Source: a virus. From it: DNA of 64,000 nucleotides. Both the position numbers and the translations under genes were made by a program. Below the pieces are notes generated by a model. That model searched no databases and was not told where the DNA came from. It saw only the letters and a program-made list of their open reading frames with translations. Shown here piece after piece: positions 30,163 to 38,353 of this stretch (its first letter is position 1; every line of letters begins with the position of its first letter). Where the stretch lies: the IMG/VR virus record IMGVR_UViG_3300032893_000009, positions 32,001 through 96,000 of that record; one strand, written 5' to 3'.

Positions 30163-30444
30163 ATGAGCAAAGAAGACGTAGCACGGTACAGGGCGGCTGC
30201 CCATGCAATGCAGACTGCGGTGGCTATGAGCATGGAGGTCGATCCGGGCGATTGCACCCCCAAGCATCTTCGAGTGGGTGTCAATTCAGCTCTGTGTGAT
30301 AGCGGAGCCATGGCCGCGCTGCTTATTGCCAAGGGTCTGATCACCCGGGATGAATACGAGAAGGCGGTTGCGGACATGATGGAAGCTGAGGTGCAGCGCT
30401 ACCGCGAGGAGTTGGGTCTGCCGGACAACGTGATATTTTGGTGA
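30163..30444 (+). CDS. Hypothetical phage protein
   Basis: GAGGAG RBS; PKHLRVGVNSA motif. Confidence 0.7.
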   Translation: MSKEDVARYRAAAHAMQTAVAMSMEVDPGDCTPKHLRVGVNSALCDSGAMAALLIAKGLITRDEYEKAVADMMEAEVQRYREELGLPDNVIFW

Positions 30445-30453
30445 GGTAAGCGT

Positions 30454-31230
30454 ATGACAGTTGCTGTGTGTACCATGGGCTGCGACCGCAAGGCTGCAGA
30501 GGGCCAGCCATCTTGGCCTTATCTGTTCGATCTGGACGGCGATTACACCCTTTACATCAACTACGAGTCCACGCATGAAGACAGCGGGGCAAAGTGTGAC
30601 GCCATTGCCGAGGTTGAGGCGCTTGCGCAAAAGTTTCCTCAACGGGTCTGGTCCTTTGACGAGTGGGTCTGGAACACACCTCACGGCACACTCTGGCGTC
30701 ACCGTCCCCAGTACGATCAGGATCAGAACCGGCTGGCCAGCATCGTGACGGCACGGAATATGTGCGTGGAATATGCCATGCAGACCAATGCCAGCCACCT
30801 ATTGTTCTGCGACGCTGACATCATTCCGCCCCGCGACGTGATTCCCAAGCTGCTGGAGCTTAACCGCGATGCGACTTGTGGGCTGGTGCATGGCCGTGGT
30901 GTCCACTCCTCCTGCCAGTATCTGTTTGGCGAGAAGCGGCGCTGGCGGCAGGGTGACCCATCCTACGAGGTCGTGGAGTGCGAGCACGGCAACATCGGCT
31001 TCACCATGATCTCGCGCAAGCTGTTCGAGGCGGTGCGCTTCCGTTACGGCATGTCGATGTATGCCGACGGGCGTAATTGCTTCACCAGCGACGATCCGGC
31101 CTTCCATGCCGACTGCCATCTCAAGTTCGGTACATGGCCTTGGCTCAGGATGGACGTTGAAGGAAAGCATGTGGGCGACCTCAAGGCCGAAGACGTGGCT
31201 GGCTGGGGCGCAGCGGAACCTGCGAGGTAA
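30454..31230 (+). CDS. GT-A fold (GT2-like) glycosyltransferase
   Basis: ARN...HLLFCDADII (DxD), GFTMISR, SDDPAF. Confidence 0.75.
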   Translation: MTVAVCTMGCDRKAAEGQPSWPYLFDLDGDYTLYINYESTHEDSGAKCDAIAEVEALAQKFPQRVWSFDEWVWNTPHGTLWRHRPQYDQDQNRLASIVTARNMCVEYAMQTNASHLLFCDADIIPPRDVIPKLLELNRDATCGLVHGRGVHSSCQYLFGEKRRWRQGDPSYEVVECEHGNIGFTMISRKLFEAVRFRYGMSMYADGRNCFTSDDPAFHADCHLKFGTWPWLRMDVEGKHVGDLKAEDVAGWGAAEPAR

Positions 31231-31232
31231 TC

Positions 31233-31925
31233 ATGCCCGTTTTGAATGCTACTGTGCGCGACTTCAACGTCTTCAAAACCAGTTGGCAGGGGCCTAGCTA
31301 TTCACAGCTTGGCCAAGACGTGTGGGTGATTTTTCAATTGGGCAGGAAGGCCAACGGCTATTTTGTGGAGATCGGCGCTGGCGATGGTGTGATCAATAGC
31401 AACACCTGCATGTTGGAAAGAAAGTTCAATTGGCAAGGGGTACTGGTTGAACCACGTCGTTCTGCGATCCCTTCATTGCTTGCCAACCGTCCCCTCAGCG
31501 TGAAAATGGGGTACTGTGTGATTGGGAATAAGGCTTGGCCTCCGGGGCAAGAACACAGTGTTCCTTTTACTGAAATGCAGTGGGGAGATTTATCAGTGCA
31601 GGAGGGGTATGGGCAAGACCACATGGCCCTGCACCGCCAGCCGCTTGACACGTACCCTGTCTATGCTTACACGCTGGATGAGATTCTGCATTATGCTCAG
31701 GCACCAAAGCAGATTGACTACATGAGCATTGATACCGAGGGAAGCGAGTACGATATTCTGGCGGCATTCGATTTTAGCCGCTACGACATTCAGCTTTTGA
31801 CTGTGGAGCACAACTTCACCGAGAACCGGGCAAAGACCCGTGCGCTGCTTGAGGCCAACGGCTACTTCTGTGTGGACTGGCCGGAGGTCACGGCTTTTGA
31901 CGATTGGTTTATCAAGGAGAGGTGA
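31233..31925 (+). CDS. FkbM-family methyltransferase
   Basis: YSQLGQD, FVEIGAGDG..SNT, IDYMSIDTEGSE. Confidence 0.9.
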   Translation: MPVLNATVRDFNVFKTSWQGPSYSQLGQDVWVIFQLGRKANGYFVEIGAGDGVINSNTCMLERKFNWQGVLVEPRRSAIPSLLANRPLSVKMGYCVIGNKAWPPGQEHSVPFTEMQWGDLSVQEGYGQDHMALHRQPLDTYPVYAYTLDEILHYAQAPKQIDYMSIDTEGSEYDILAAFDFSRYDIQLLTVEHNFTENRAKTRALLEANGYFCVDWPEVTAFDDWFIKER

Positions 31926-32773
31926 TGAAGGCGCTTGTAATTGGAGATCATGGTTTTGTTGGACGGCATCTCTGCCCCATGCTGCACAAGGCGGGGTACG
32001 AGGTATATGGCACCGAGGATTTCGTGCGGAACTTTTTGCCCGACTATCACTCCCGTATTCATTACGACGTAATCGTGCATCTGGGAGCCAACATCGTGAA
32101 CGTCGATGACCGGATGAAGCTGGGCATGCACGGCTACGACGACATCCTGCTCGACTACGAGGTGTGCCGGTATGTGGAGCTGTTTCCGCCGACCAAGGCC
32201 TTCATCGCCATGTCCAGTTGCGCGGTGGATTACCCCGACGATCCCTACTGCATCGTGAAGCGCACGCTGGAGGCCTTCGCTCATACCCTGTTCAAGAAGG
32301 GCGTGCCGGTGGTGACCCTGCGCCCCTTCTCCGGCTACGGCCCTGATCAGTCCACCGAGTATCCATTCCGGGCCATCTTCGAGCGTGCCATGCGCCACGA
32401 AGAGCCGTTGACGGTGTGGGGTGGCACTCAGGTTCGGGACTGGCTGTGGATCGACGACCTGTGTGATGGCATCATGTGCGCCATCGAGTATTTCCCGCGT
32501 GGCGGCGTGTATGAGATGGGCACCGGCATCGGGACGTCGTTGCTGGAGCTGGGGGAGAGGATTGCGCGGGGCGTGGGCTACTATCCTCTGGTAATCGGAG
32601 ATACAAGACGCTGCTCTTCCTCCAATTTCCGTGTAGCGTCTCAGCGGGGGCAGCACCAGTACGGGTGGATGCCCCGGGTATCGCTGGCTGACGGCATCGA
32701 AAAGTCCGTGGCCTACTTCCGCGCGGCGGGCAGAATTCCTGCCGTACTTGAAGACGCAAAGAAAATTGTCTAG
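31925..32773 (+). CDS. NAD-dependent epimerase/dehydratase
   Basis: GDHGFVG, YCIVK (YxxxK), RPFSGYGP, VRDWLWIDD. Confidence 0.9.
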   Translation: MKALVIGDHGFVGRHLCPMLHKAGYEVYGTEDFVRNFLPDYHSRIHYDVIVHLGANIVNVDDRMKLGMHGYDDILLDYEVCRYVELFPPTKAFIAMSSCAVDYPDDPYCIVKRTLEAFAHTLFKKGVPVVTLRPFSGYGPDQSTEYPFRAIFERAMRHEEPLTVWGGTQVRDWLWIDDLCDGIMCAIEYFPRGGVYEMGTGIGTSLLELGERIARGVGYYPLVIGDTRRCSSSNFRVASQRGQHQYGWMPRVSLADGIEKSVAYFRAAGRIPAVLEDAKKIV

Positions 32774-32776
32774 TAT
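32748..32776 (+). promoter_or_regulatory. Promoter for the Y RNA-like array / Ro60 operon
   Basis: TTGAAG-N17-TAGTAT, also GACG-N14-TAGTAT; predicted +1 near 32783, the first base of unit 1. Confidence 0.7.
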
Positions 32777-32782
32777 AGTAGT

Positions 32783-32847
32783 GCGTGAGCCGAATGGCCT
32801 CTGTTCTCTGCTTAAGAAAACTCGGAGGCCTGACAACTTGCCCACGT
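32783..32847 (+). ncRNA. Y RNA-like unit 1 (minimal, 65 nt)
   Basis: GCGTG-AGCCGA...ACAACTTGC-CCACGT; inner stem GGCCTCTG/CGGAGGCC. Confidence 0.75.
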
Positions 32848-32856
32848 CAAAAGTTT

Positions 32857-32999
32857 TGCGAGAGCCGATGTGATTCTGTTCTCTGGGGGCTGCGCCCGCA
32901 AGGGCATCTAGGTTCAAGTCCTAGTTCCCCGACGTGTCGGGGAATGGTGAAATGGTAGACACACAGCTTTTGATCGGAGTCCGACAACTTGCCCTCGCA
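32857..32999 (+). ncRNA. Y RNA-like unit 2 (YrlA-like, class II tRNA mimic)
   Basis: TGCGAG/CTCGCA closing stem; variable arm GCCC-GCAA-GGGC; T arm CTAGG-TTCAAGT-CCTAG; loop-closed acceptor TTCCCCGAC/GTCGGGGAA; D arm TGGTGAAATGGTAGACAC. Confidence 0.85.
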
Positions 33000-33006
33000 T
33001 GAAGTT

Positions 33007-33095
33007 CGGTATGAGCCGGATGAATTGGGTTATCCAACTTGACAATGGATGAGACTCCAATCTCATTTATCCAGTTCAACAACTTGCCCATACCG
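33007..33095 (+). ncRNA. Y RNA-like unit 3 (two-hairpin apical domain)
   Basis: CGGTATG/CATACCG closing stem; TGAATTGGGT/ATCCAGTTCA inner stem. Confidence 0.75.
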
Positions 33096-33103
33096 GAAGG
33101 AAA

Positions 33104-33247
33104 GGCACGAGCCGACAGAGGTTGGTTATCTGCCAAACTGCAGGTCGCGGGTTCAAATCCCGCCTTCCGGGCAACCGGATGTAGCTCAGCTGGCTAGAGC
33201 AGCAGAGGCCGAAAGGCCATACCCGACTTCAACAACTTGCCCGTGCT
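33104..33247 (+). ncRNA. Y RNA-like unit 4 (YrlA-like, class I tRNA mimic)
   Basis: GGCACG/CGTGCT; AGGTC variable loop; T arm GCGGG-TTCAAAT-CCCGC; TCCGG-GCAA-CCGGA acceptor; D arm TAGCTCAGCTGGCTAGAGC. Confidence 0.87.
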
Positions 33248-33255
33248 GAAAGTAC

Positions 33256-33348
33256 GATGGGAGCCGACTGAGCTTCGTTATCTGGATAACGTGAGTTCGA
33301 GTCTCACCAGCCGCAAGGCTGTTCGGAGTTCAACAACTTGCCCCCATC
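33256..33348 (+). ncRNA. Y RNA-like unit 5 (T arm + acceptor-like hairpin, no D arm)
   Basis: GATGGG/CCCATC; GTGAG-TTCGAGT-CTCAC; CAGCC-GCAA-GGCTG. Confidence 0.8.
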
Positions 33349-33399
33349 CTAACCCGACGGAAAGCTGCAGGCCGGTTTGCTTGCAGCGTAGGAGAAACG

Positions 33400-35097
33400 G
33401 TGACACATAGCTATCTGAAGACCGCAACCAACCGCAAGGTTACCCCTCAGTCCCAGCCCATCCCCGGCAGCGTGCAGGTGGAGAACAACGCTGGCGGCTT
33501 CGTGTTTGAGATCGATGACTGGAAGCGCATGGAGCGCTTTCTGATCCTCGGTTCCGAGGGCAATACCTACTACTGCGACGAGCGCAAGATGACCGCGGAT
33601 AACGTGACCTGCCTTGGCCGGTGCCTGAAGGCCGACGGCCATCGTTATCTGAAGCTGGTCGAGGACATCAGCGTTGCGGGCCGCGCCCCCAAGAACGATC
33701 CGGCGCTGCTGGCGCTGGCCTATGCCTTTGCTCAGGGCGATGTGGAGACGCGGCGTGAGGCCGCGCTGGTGCTGCCCAAGGTGGCGCGCATCGGCACCCA
33801 TCTGTTCCACTTTGCCGACTTCGTGGACGGCATGCGTGGCTGGGGTCCGGTTCTGTGCCGCGCCGTGGCCGACTGGTATCTGGGCAAGAAGGCCGGTGAT
33901 CTGGCCAGCCAGCTGCTCAAGTATCAGGCGCGCGACGGCTGGAGCCATCGTGACCTGCTGCGCCTGTCTCATCCCAAGAGCGATGAGCCGGTGATCAACG
34001 CCCTGTTTGGCTATGCGGTCAAGGGCGCTGAGGCGTTGTCCTATGGTGAGGACGAGCCCTTGCGCTTCGTCGGCGCGGTGGAAGAGCTGAAGCGGCTTCC
34101 CAAGCCTCCCGAGGCATCGAAGTCGGACGAGCACCGGGTGGTGCAGCTGATCACCGACTATCGCCTGCCCCGGGAGTGCGTGCCCACCGAGTGGCTGAAT
34201 TCCAAGGCGGTGTGGGAGGCTCTGCTGCGTGGCATGCCCATGACGGCCATGATCCGCAACTTGGGCAAGATGTCGAGCATTGGATTGCTGGCTCCGTTGA
34301 GCAGCACTGCCCGCGACGTGGCGGCCCGTCTTTGCGATGAGGCAGAGCTGCGCAAGGCCCGGGTGCATCCGATTCAGGTGCTCATGGCGCTGGCTACCTA
34401 CAAGCAGGGCCACGGCATGAAGGGCAGCCTGAACTGGACTCCAGTGCAGGCAGTGGTGGCTTCATTGGATGCCGCCTTCTACAAGGCCTTCCTCAATGTC
34501 GAGCCGACCGGCAAGCGTTTCTATATCGCGCTGGACGTGTCCGGTTCAATGGGCGACGGCAACGTGGCAGGGACTCCGCTGACTCCGCGCGAGGCCTCGG
34601 CGGCGCTGGTCATGGTGACCATGCGCACCGAGGAGCAGTATCACATCGTCGGGTTCACTAACGGTCAGTACCGCTCGATGTGGTCCAATGTCACCGGCCA
34701 CGGTTCCGGCGTGACCGACCTGCCGCTGAATCCGAGCATGGACCTCACCACGGCAGTGCAGACGGTGAGCGGTCTGAACTTCGGCGGCACCGACTGCGCA
34801 TTGCCCATGATCGATGCCAAGGCGCGGAAGATCGAGGCGGACGTGTTCTACGTGCTGACCGACAACGAGACGTGGGCCGGTCGCATCCATCCCTGTCAGG
34901 CGCTGCGCGATTACCGGCAGAGCACGGGCATCCCGGCCAAACTGATTGTGGCCGGGCTGACAGCCACTCAGTTCAGCATCGCTGACCCCAGCGATCCGGG
35001 CTCTCTGAATGTGGTGGGCTTCGATGCCAGCGTACCGGCGCTGATCGCCGACTTCGTGACAGACGGCAAGCAGGCCGTTCAGAACATCGAGGCCTGA
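33400..35097 (+). CDS. rsr: Ro60/Rsr TROVE-domain RNA-binding protein with vWA domain
   Basis: NNAGGFVF, RFLILGSEGNTYY, KYQARDGWSHRDLLRLSHP, AMIRNLGKM, MIDAS DVSGSM, GGTDCALPM, TDNETW; AGGAGA RBS. Confidence 0.96.
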   Translation: MTHSYLKTATNRKVTPQSQPIPGSVQVENNAGGFVFEIDDWKRMERFLILGSEGNTYYCDERKMTADNVTCLGRCLKADGHRYLKLVEDISVAGRAPKNDPALLALAYAFAQGDVETRREAALVLPKVARIGTHLFHFADFVDGMRGWGPVLCRAVADWYLGKKAGDLASQLLKYQARDGWSHRDLLRLSHPKSDEPVINALFGYAVKGAEALSYGEDEPLRFVGAVEELKRLPKPPEASKSDEHRVVQLITDYRLPRECVPTEWLNSKAVWEALLRGMPMTAMIRNLGKMSSIGLLAPLSSTARDVAARLCDEAELRKARVHPIQVLMALATYKQGHGMKGSLNWTPVQAVVASLDAAFYKAFLNVEPTGKRFYIALDVSGSMGDGNVAGTPLTPREASAALVMVTMRTEEQYHIVGFTNGQYRSMWSNVTGHGSGVTDLPLNPSMDLTTAVQTVSGLNFGGTDCALPMIDAKARKIEADVFYVLTDNETWAGRIHPCQALRDYRQSTGIPAKLIVAGLTATQFSIADPSDPGSLNVVGFDASVPALIADFVTDGKQAVQNIEA

Positions 35098-35115
35098 AAC
35101 CCTCTTGCACTTCTC

Positions 35116-35152
35116 TGCCGACACTCTATCATTGGGGTGTCGGCATCTTTTT
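35116..35152 (+). terminator. Intrinsic terminator after Ro60 overlapping a sigma70-like promoter
   Basis: TGCCGACACTC/GGGTGTCGGCA stem followed by TCTTTTT; TTGCAC(35105)-N16-TATCAT(35127). Confidence 0.7.
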
Positions 35153-35165
35153 GTTCGGAGTCTTT

Positions 35166-35384
35166 ATGGCCAAGGCTCATGTCGTTGCTAAATACCTGCT
35201 GATGGGCGACACGGTGCCCCCTGCTGGCCCCACGGCCTTCGAGATGGAGGTGCGCAGGCTCAATCTGCAGCCGGATGAGTACAAGGCCTCGCTGGCCCTG
35301 AAGAAGTGGGTCAGCATCAACAGGCACCGGGTGTACGTGCCGGAAAAGCTGCTGGGCGAGTGGGGCTTCTTCGTAGACGCATAA
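35166..35384 (+). CDS. Hypothetical protein
   Basis: GGAG RBS; coding-like codon usage. Confidence 0.65.
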   Translation: MAKAHVVAKYLLMGDTVPPAGPTAFEMEVRRLNLQPDEYKASLALKKWVSINRHRVYVPEKLLGEWGFFVDA

Positions 35385-35414
35385 GCGATTCTCTACCATG
35401 AAAGCGGAGGGAGT

Positions 35415-35852
35415 ATGCACGCGGATTGGAAAGTGTGGGTGTTGCGTGGGGCTCTGCTAGCGGCGCTGGTGGTGTCTGCTTTCAGTCAGGACCGCCCCGG
35501 GTCTGTAATCCTGTCCAAGCCGGGCGAAGATGTGAAGCTGGAGCACGCGGTGGACTCAACCAAGGTGCAGGTAGCCTATGAGAAGGAAAAGAGTCTGCAG
35601 CTTCAGTTCCAGCTGGCTCAGCTGCAGCTTCAGTTAGACCTTAGCCAGCTGCAGTTGCAACATCTCCAACAGCAGCGTCTGCAACAGCAGCAGGGGGCCT
35701 TACAGGACCAGTATCAGGTGCTGGAGAAGGGGATCGCCGACTGGATCGAGAAGGTGAAGAAGGAAAATCATCTGGGCGACGACGTGAGCTACGACCGGGA
35801 GCACGACAAATGGGTGCGGATTCCCAAGCCAGCACCTGCGGCTAAGAAGTAA
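35415..35852 (+). CDS. Signal-peptide coiled-coil protein (Gln-rich)
   Basis: N-terminal hydrophobic segment ending AFS-Q. Confidence 0.7.
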   Translation: MHADWKVWVLRGALLAALVVSAFSQDRPGSVILSKPGEDVKLEHAVDSTKVQVAYEKEKSLQLQFQLAQLQLQLDLSQLQLQHLQQQRLQQQQGALQDQYQVLEKGIADWIEKVKKENHLGDDVSYDREHDKWVRIPKPAPAAKK

Positions 35853-35926
35853 CCGGCACCGCGACTTTGGAGGAACGATGGATAAAAGAGAGGTGACCCA
35901 TGCCGACTAACTAGAAAGGAGTCGTC

Positions 35927-36169
35927 ATGGGCAATGCACATGCGTGGAGGCACCGCCATGGACGGGGCAAACCCTGTCCCAGCGGTTGCAAATTCTGCGC
36001 GGCGCGTCCCTCGGTTGGAGACTATGCCAATTCGACGGGACACCGGCACAACCTCGCAGCCAAGAAGGGCGGGAAACGCAACCAGACCGTGATCGTGGCG
36101 GGCGGCGCAGGCCGCAGCAAAACGATGTGGGTCAAGAGACCGAAGCCGCAGCGCGGACTCGGCTCTTAA
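35927..36169 (+). CDS. Small basic hypothetical protein
   Basis: AAGGAG RBS; CxxxCxxC. Confidence 0.45.
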   Translation: MGNAHAWRHRHGRGKPCPSGCKFCAARPSVGDYANSTGHRHNLAAKKGGKRNQTVIVAGGAGRSKTMWVKRPKPQRGLGS

Positions 36170-36272
36170 CAATCTGGGCGCTGTACAAAACTGGACGAGG
36201 GTGAGAAGGGGTATCACACCCGCGTTCAGGCCTGCGAGACCAGCGCCCAGAACTTCCGAAAAGGAGAAGCGT

Positions 36273-36494
36273 ATGGCAAAAGGGAATCTGTATGAGTATG
36301 TGGTCCTTCATCATCCCAAGGCGAAGAAGGACCTAGCGGGCAACGAGGAGCAGGTGAAATCCTCCATCATCACCGACGTAACGCATGTTCTGGCAGCCTC
36401 CCCGGAGGAGGTTTCCATTCTCGCCGCGCGGTCCATTCCGACGGAATATCTGGACAAGCTGGAGCAGATCGAGATCAAGGTCCGCCCTTTCTAG
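36273..36494 (+). CDS. Hypothetical protein ending at a slippery site (possible -1 extension to 36745)
   Basis: AAGGAG RBS; ends C CCT TTC TAG. Confidence 0.8.
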   Translation: MAKGNLYEYVVLHHPKAKKDLAGNEEQVKSSIITDVTHVLAASPEEVSILAARSIPTEYLDKLEQIEIKVRPF

Positions 36495-36896
36495 CCCAGC
36501 TGGATCGTAAGCGTGCAGCTGGGCAGTTAGCGGACGAGCGCAACCGGGAGTTCGTCAGGCAAAGGAAGGGCATCAGAAGCGAGGCGATGCCGGTGACGTT
36601 CGAGCAGCCAGAATTCCTCGGTGGTCAGCAGATGTTCAATGTGAGCGATGCGGTTGCCGGTGCGTGCCTCACGGCTTGCACATTTACTACCACCTGCGCC
36701 TCTCCTTCGCGCAGCTATTCGGCGAACCTCGTTGTGGATCGGTAGGCTTGCGGGCATCCGGCTCAACTGGGTGCCCCAACCCTCTCAAAACACTACAAAT
36801 AAAGACGCAAAATAAATGCTCACGTTTCTGTAATTGTGCTATATTGGTGATGGCACAGTAGGGAGCTGGACTCCCACGGTTGCCGGAGGAAAGTAT

Positions 36897-37991
36897 ATGG
36901 AGTTGTTCAAGGCACACAACCAGTGGGCGATTCGTCCTGCTGATGAAACCTTCTCAAATGTGAAAACCGCTTTTGAGGCTGCCCGGGAATATGCCCGTAC
37001 CGCCGCCGAGAAGCCTGACGTGCCTCTCACCTCGATTCGTGCAGAGGCCGACGGAGGCGAGGTATGCCTGACCGGCAAGGGCGGAGTCCCTGCCCGGGTA
37101 GGCAACTGGGCCTTTGGCCAGCTGGCCCGCATTGCCGAGGCCCCGGCTGGTTACCTGCGCACCCTGCCTGCAACGCTTGCAGTTCAGAACCTCAACTATG
37201 GTTTGAAGACCGCCAGCGAGTTGCACGCCGATGCCAAGGTCAACATCTTCGCCCACAAGAACGGCGATCTGCTGGTCCGGGCACTGACGTCCGACAAGTA
37301 CCGCCGCATCTGGAACTATGAAGTGCTGGGCCGGATGCTGCCGCTGGAGGCCGAGGGCTGGAGCTGCCCGACGCCGTTCCGGGTGAGGGCCGAGCAGGTT
37401 GCTAAGCCTGATCCCACGGTCTATGTCTCCGACCACGATATGTTCGCCTTTCTGGTTTCCGAGAACCATAGGATTATGGAACCCGGCAACCCGGACGGTT
37501 TGGCTCGTGGATTCTTTGTGGAGAACTCCGAAGTGGGCGCGAGCGCGCTGCGTGTCACCACGTTCCTCTACCGCTATATGTGCTCGAACCACATTGTGTG
37601 GGGCGCTAAGGACGTGAGCGAGATCGCAGTCCGGCACGTGGGAGGCGCACGGGGCAAGCTGCAGACCATGTTCATCGGCCTGACTGAGTACCTGAACGAG
37701 TCCGCTTCTGAAGTGGAAGGCAAGATCAAGCTGGCCAAGAACCGCCTGATCGATGCCGACCCGGACAAGGTGCTGGATGCGATCTTTGCCAAGCTGCGCG
37801 GACAGATTTCCCGCGACGCCTTGCAGAAGTCCTTCCTGCTGGCCTCCGAGAACGCTGCAACGGACGGCGATCCGCGCAGCTTCTGGGGTCTTGCACAGGG
37901 CGTGACCCGCTACAGTCAGACCCTCGCCTTCGCCGACCAGCGCGTGCAGGTGGACGCGGCTGCGGCCAAGGTGATCGATCTGGCCTTCTAA
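36897..37991 (+). CDS. DUF932-family protein
   Basis: WAFGQL, YRRIWN, YVSDHDMFAFL, RGFFVENSEVG, RYMCSNHIVWG. Confidence 0.8.
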   Translation: MELFKAHNQWAIRPADETFSNVKTAFEAAREYARTAAEKPDVPLTSIRAEADGGEVCLTGKGGVPARVGNWAFGQLARIAEAPAGYLRTLPATLAVQNLNYGLKTASELHADAKVNIFAHKNGDLLVRALTSDKYRRIWNYEVLGRMLPLEAEGWSCPTPFRVRAEQVAKPDPTVYVSDHDMFAFLVSENHRIMEPGNPDGLARGFFVENSEVGASALRVTTFLYRYMCSNHIVWGAKDVSEIAVRHVGGARGKLQTMFIGLTEYLNESASEVEGKIKLAKNRLIDADPDKVLDAIFAKLRGQISRDALQKSFLLASENAATDGDPRSFWGLAQGVTRYSQTLAFADQRVQVDAAAAKVIDLAF

Positions 37992-38105
37992 GGTGTTGTT
38001 AGAGAAAGCGGACAAAGCGAACAAAACCGCCGCTTTCGCTACTTGCGGGTAGTGAGGGGCATCGGGACCTGCTCACCATGGTCGGCAGCAATCTCGACTA
38101 CAACA

Positions 38106-38137
38106 AAAGCCCGGGGAGCAATCTCCGGGCTTTCTTG
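38106..38137 (+). terminator. Intrinsic terminator
   Basis: AAAGCCCGGGGA-GCAA-TCTCCGGGCTTT-CTT. Confidence 0.8.
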
Positions 38138-38197
38138 TATCTGCTAGAATTTGCGGTGTGCTATGCTGATTCTCGGAACAGTGCAGCAGGAGGAACC

Positions 38198-38353
38198 ATG
38201 CCGACGAAAAACATGAGCGGGAAATTGGGCACGTCGCCCAGTCCCGTGGCCAACCGCGTGATTTCTAACAACAAGAACGTGCAGCAACCCTGTGGCAGCG
38301 TGCAGTCGGCGCTGGCCGGTAAGTTCACCCGCAAGCCGGTGAAAGTGGGATGA
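38198..38353 (+). CDS. Small basic protein
   Basis: AGGAGG RBS. Confidence 0.55.
   Translation: MPTKNMSGKLGTSPSPVANRVISNNKNVQQPCGSVQSALAGKFTRKPVKVG

Noticed and set aside
32890-33205. Genuine tRNA genes
   Set aside because: The T arm precedes the D arm, the acceptor stem is closed by a loop, and there is no anticodon loop or CCA; these are mimics.
32921-33249. ORFs 32921-33136 (-) and 33049-33249 (+)
   Set aside because: No RBS or coding-like composition; the sequence is explained by RNA structure.
32783-33348. CRISPR array reading of the ACAACTTGCCC repeats
   Set aside because: Repeats are only 11 nt, spacing is irregular (about 95-150 nt), the intervening sequence is highly structured, and no cas genes are visible.
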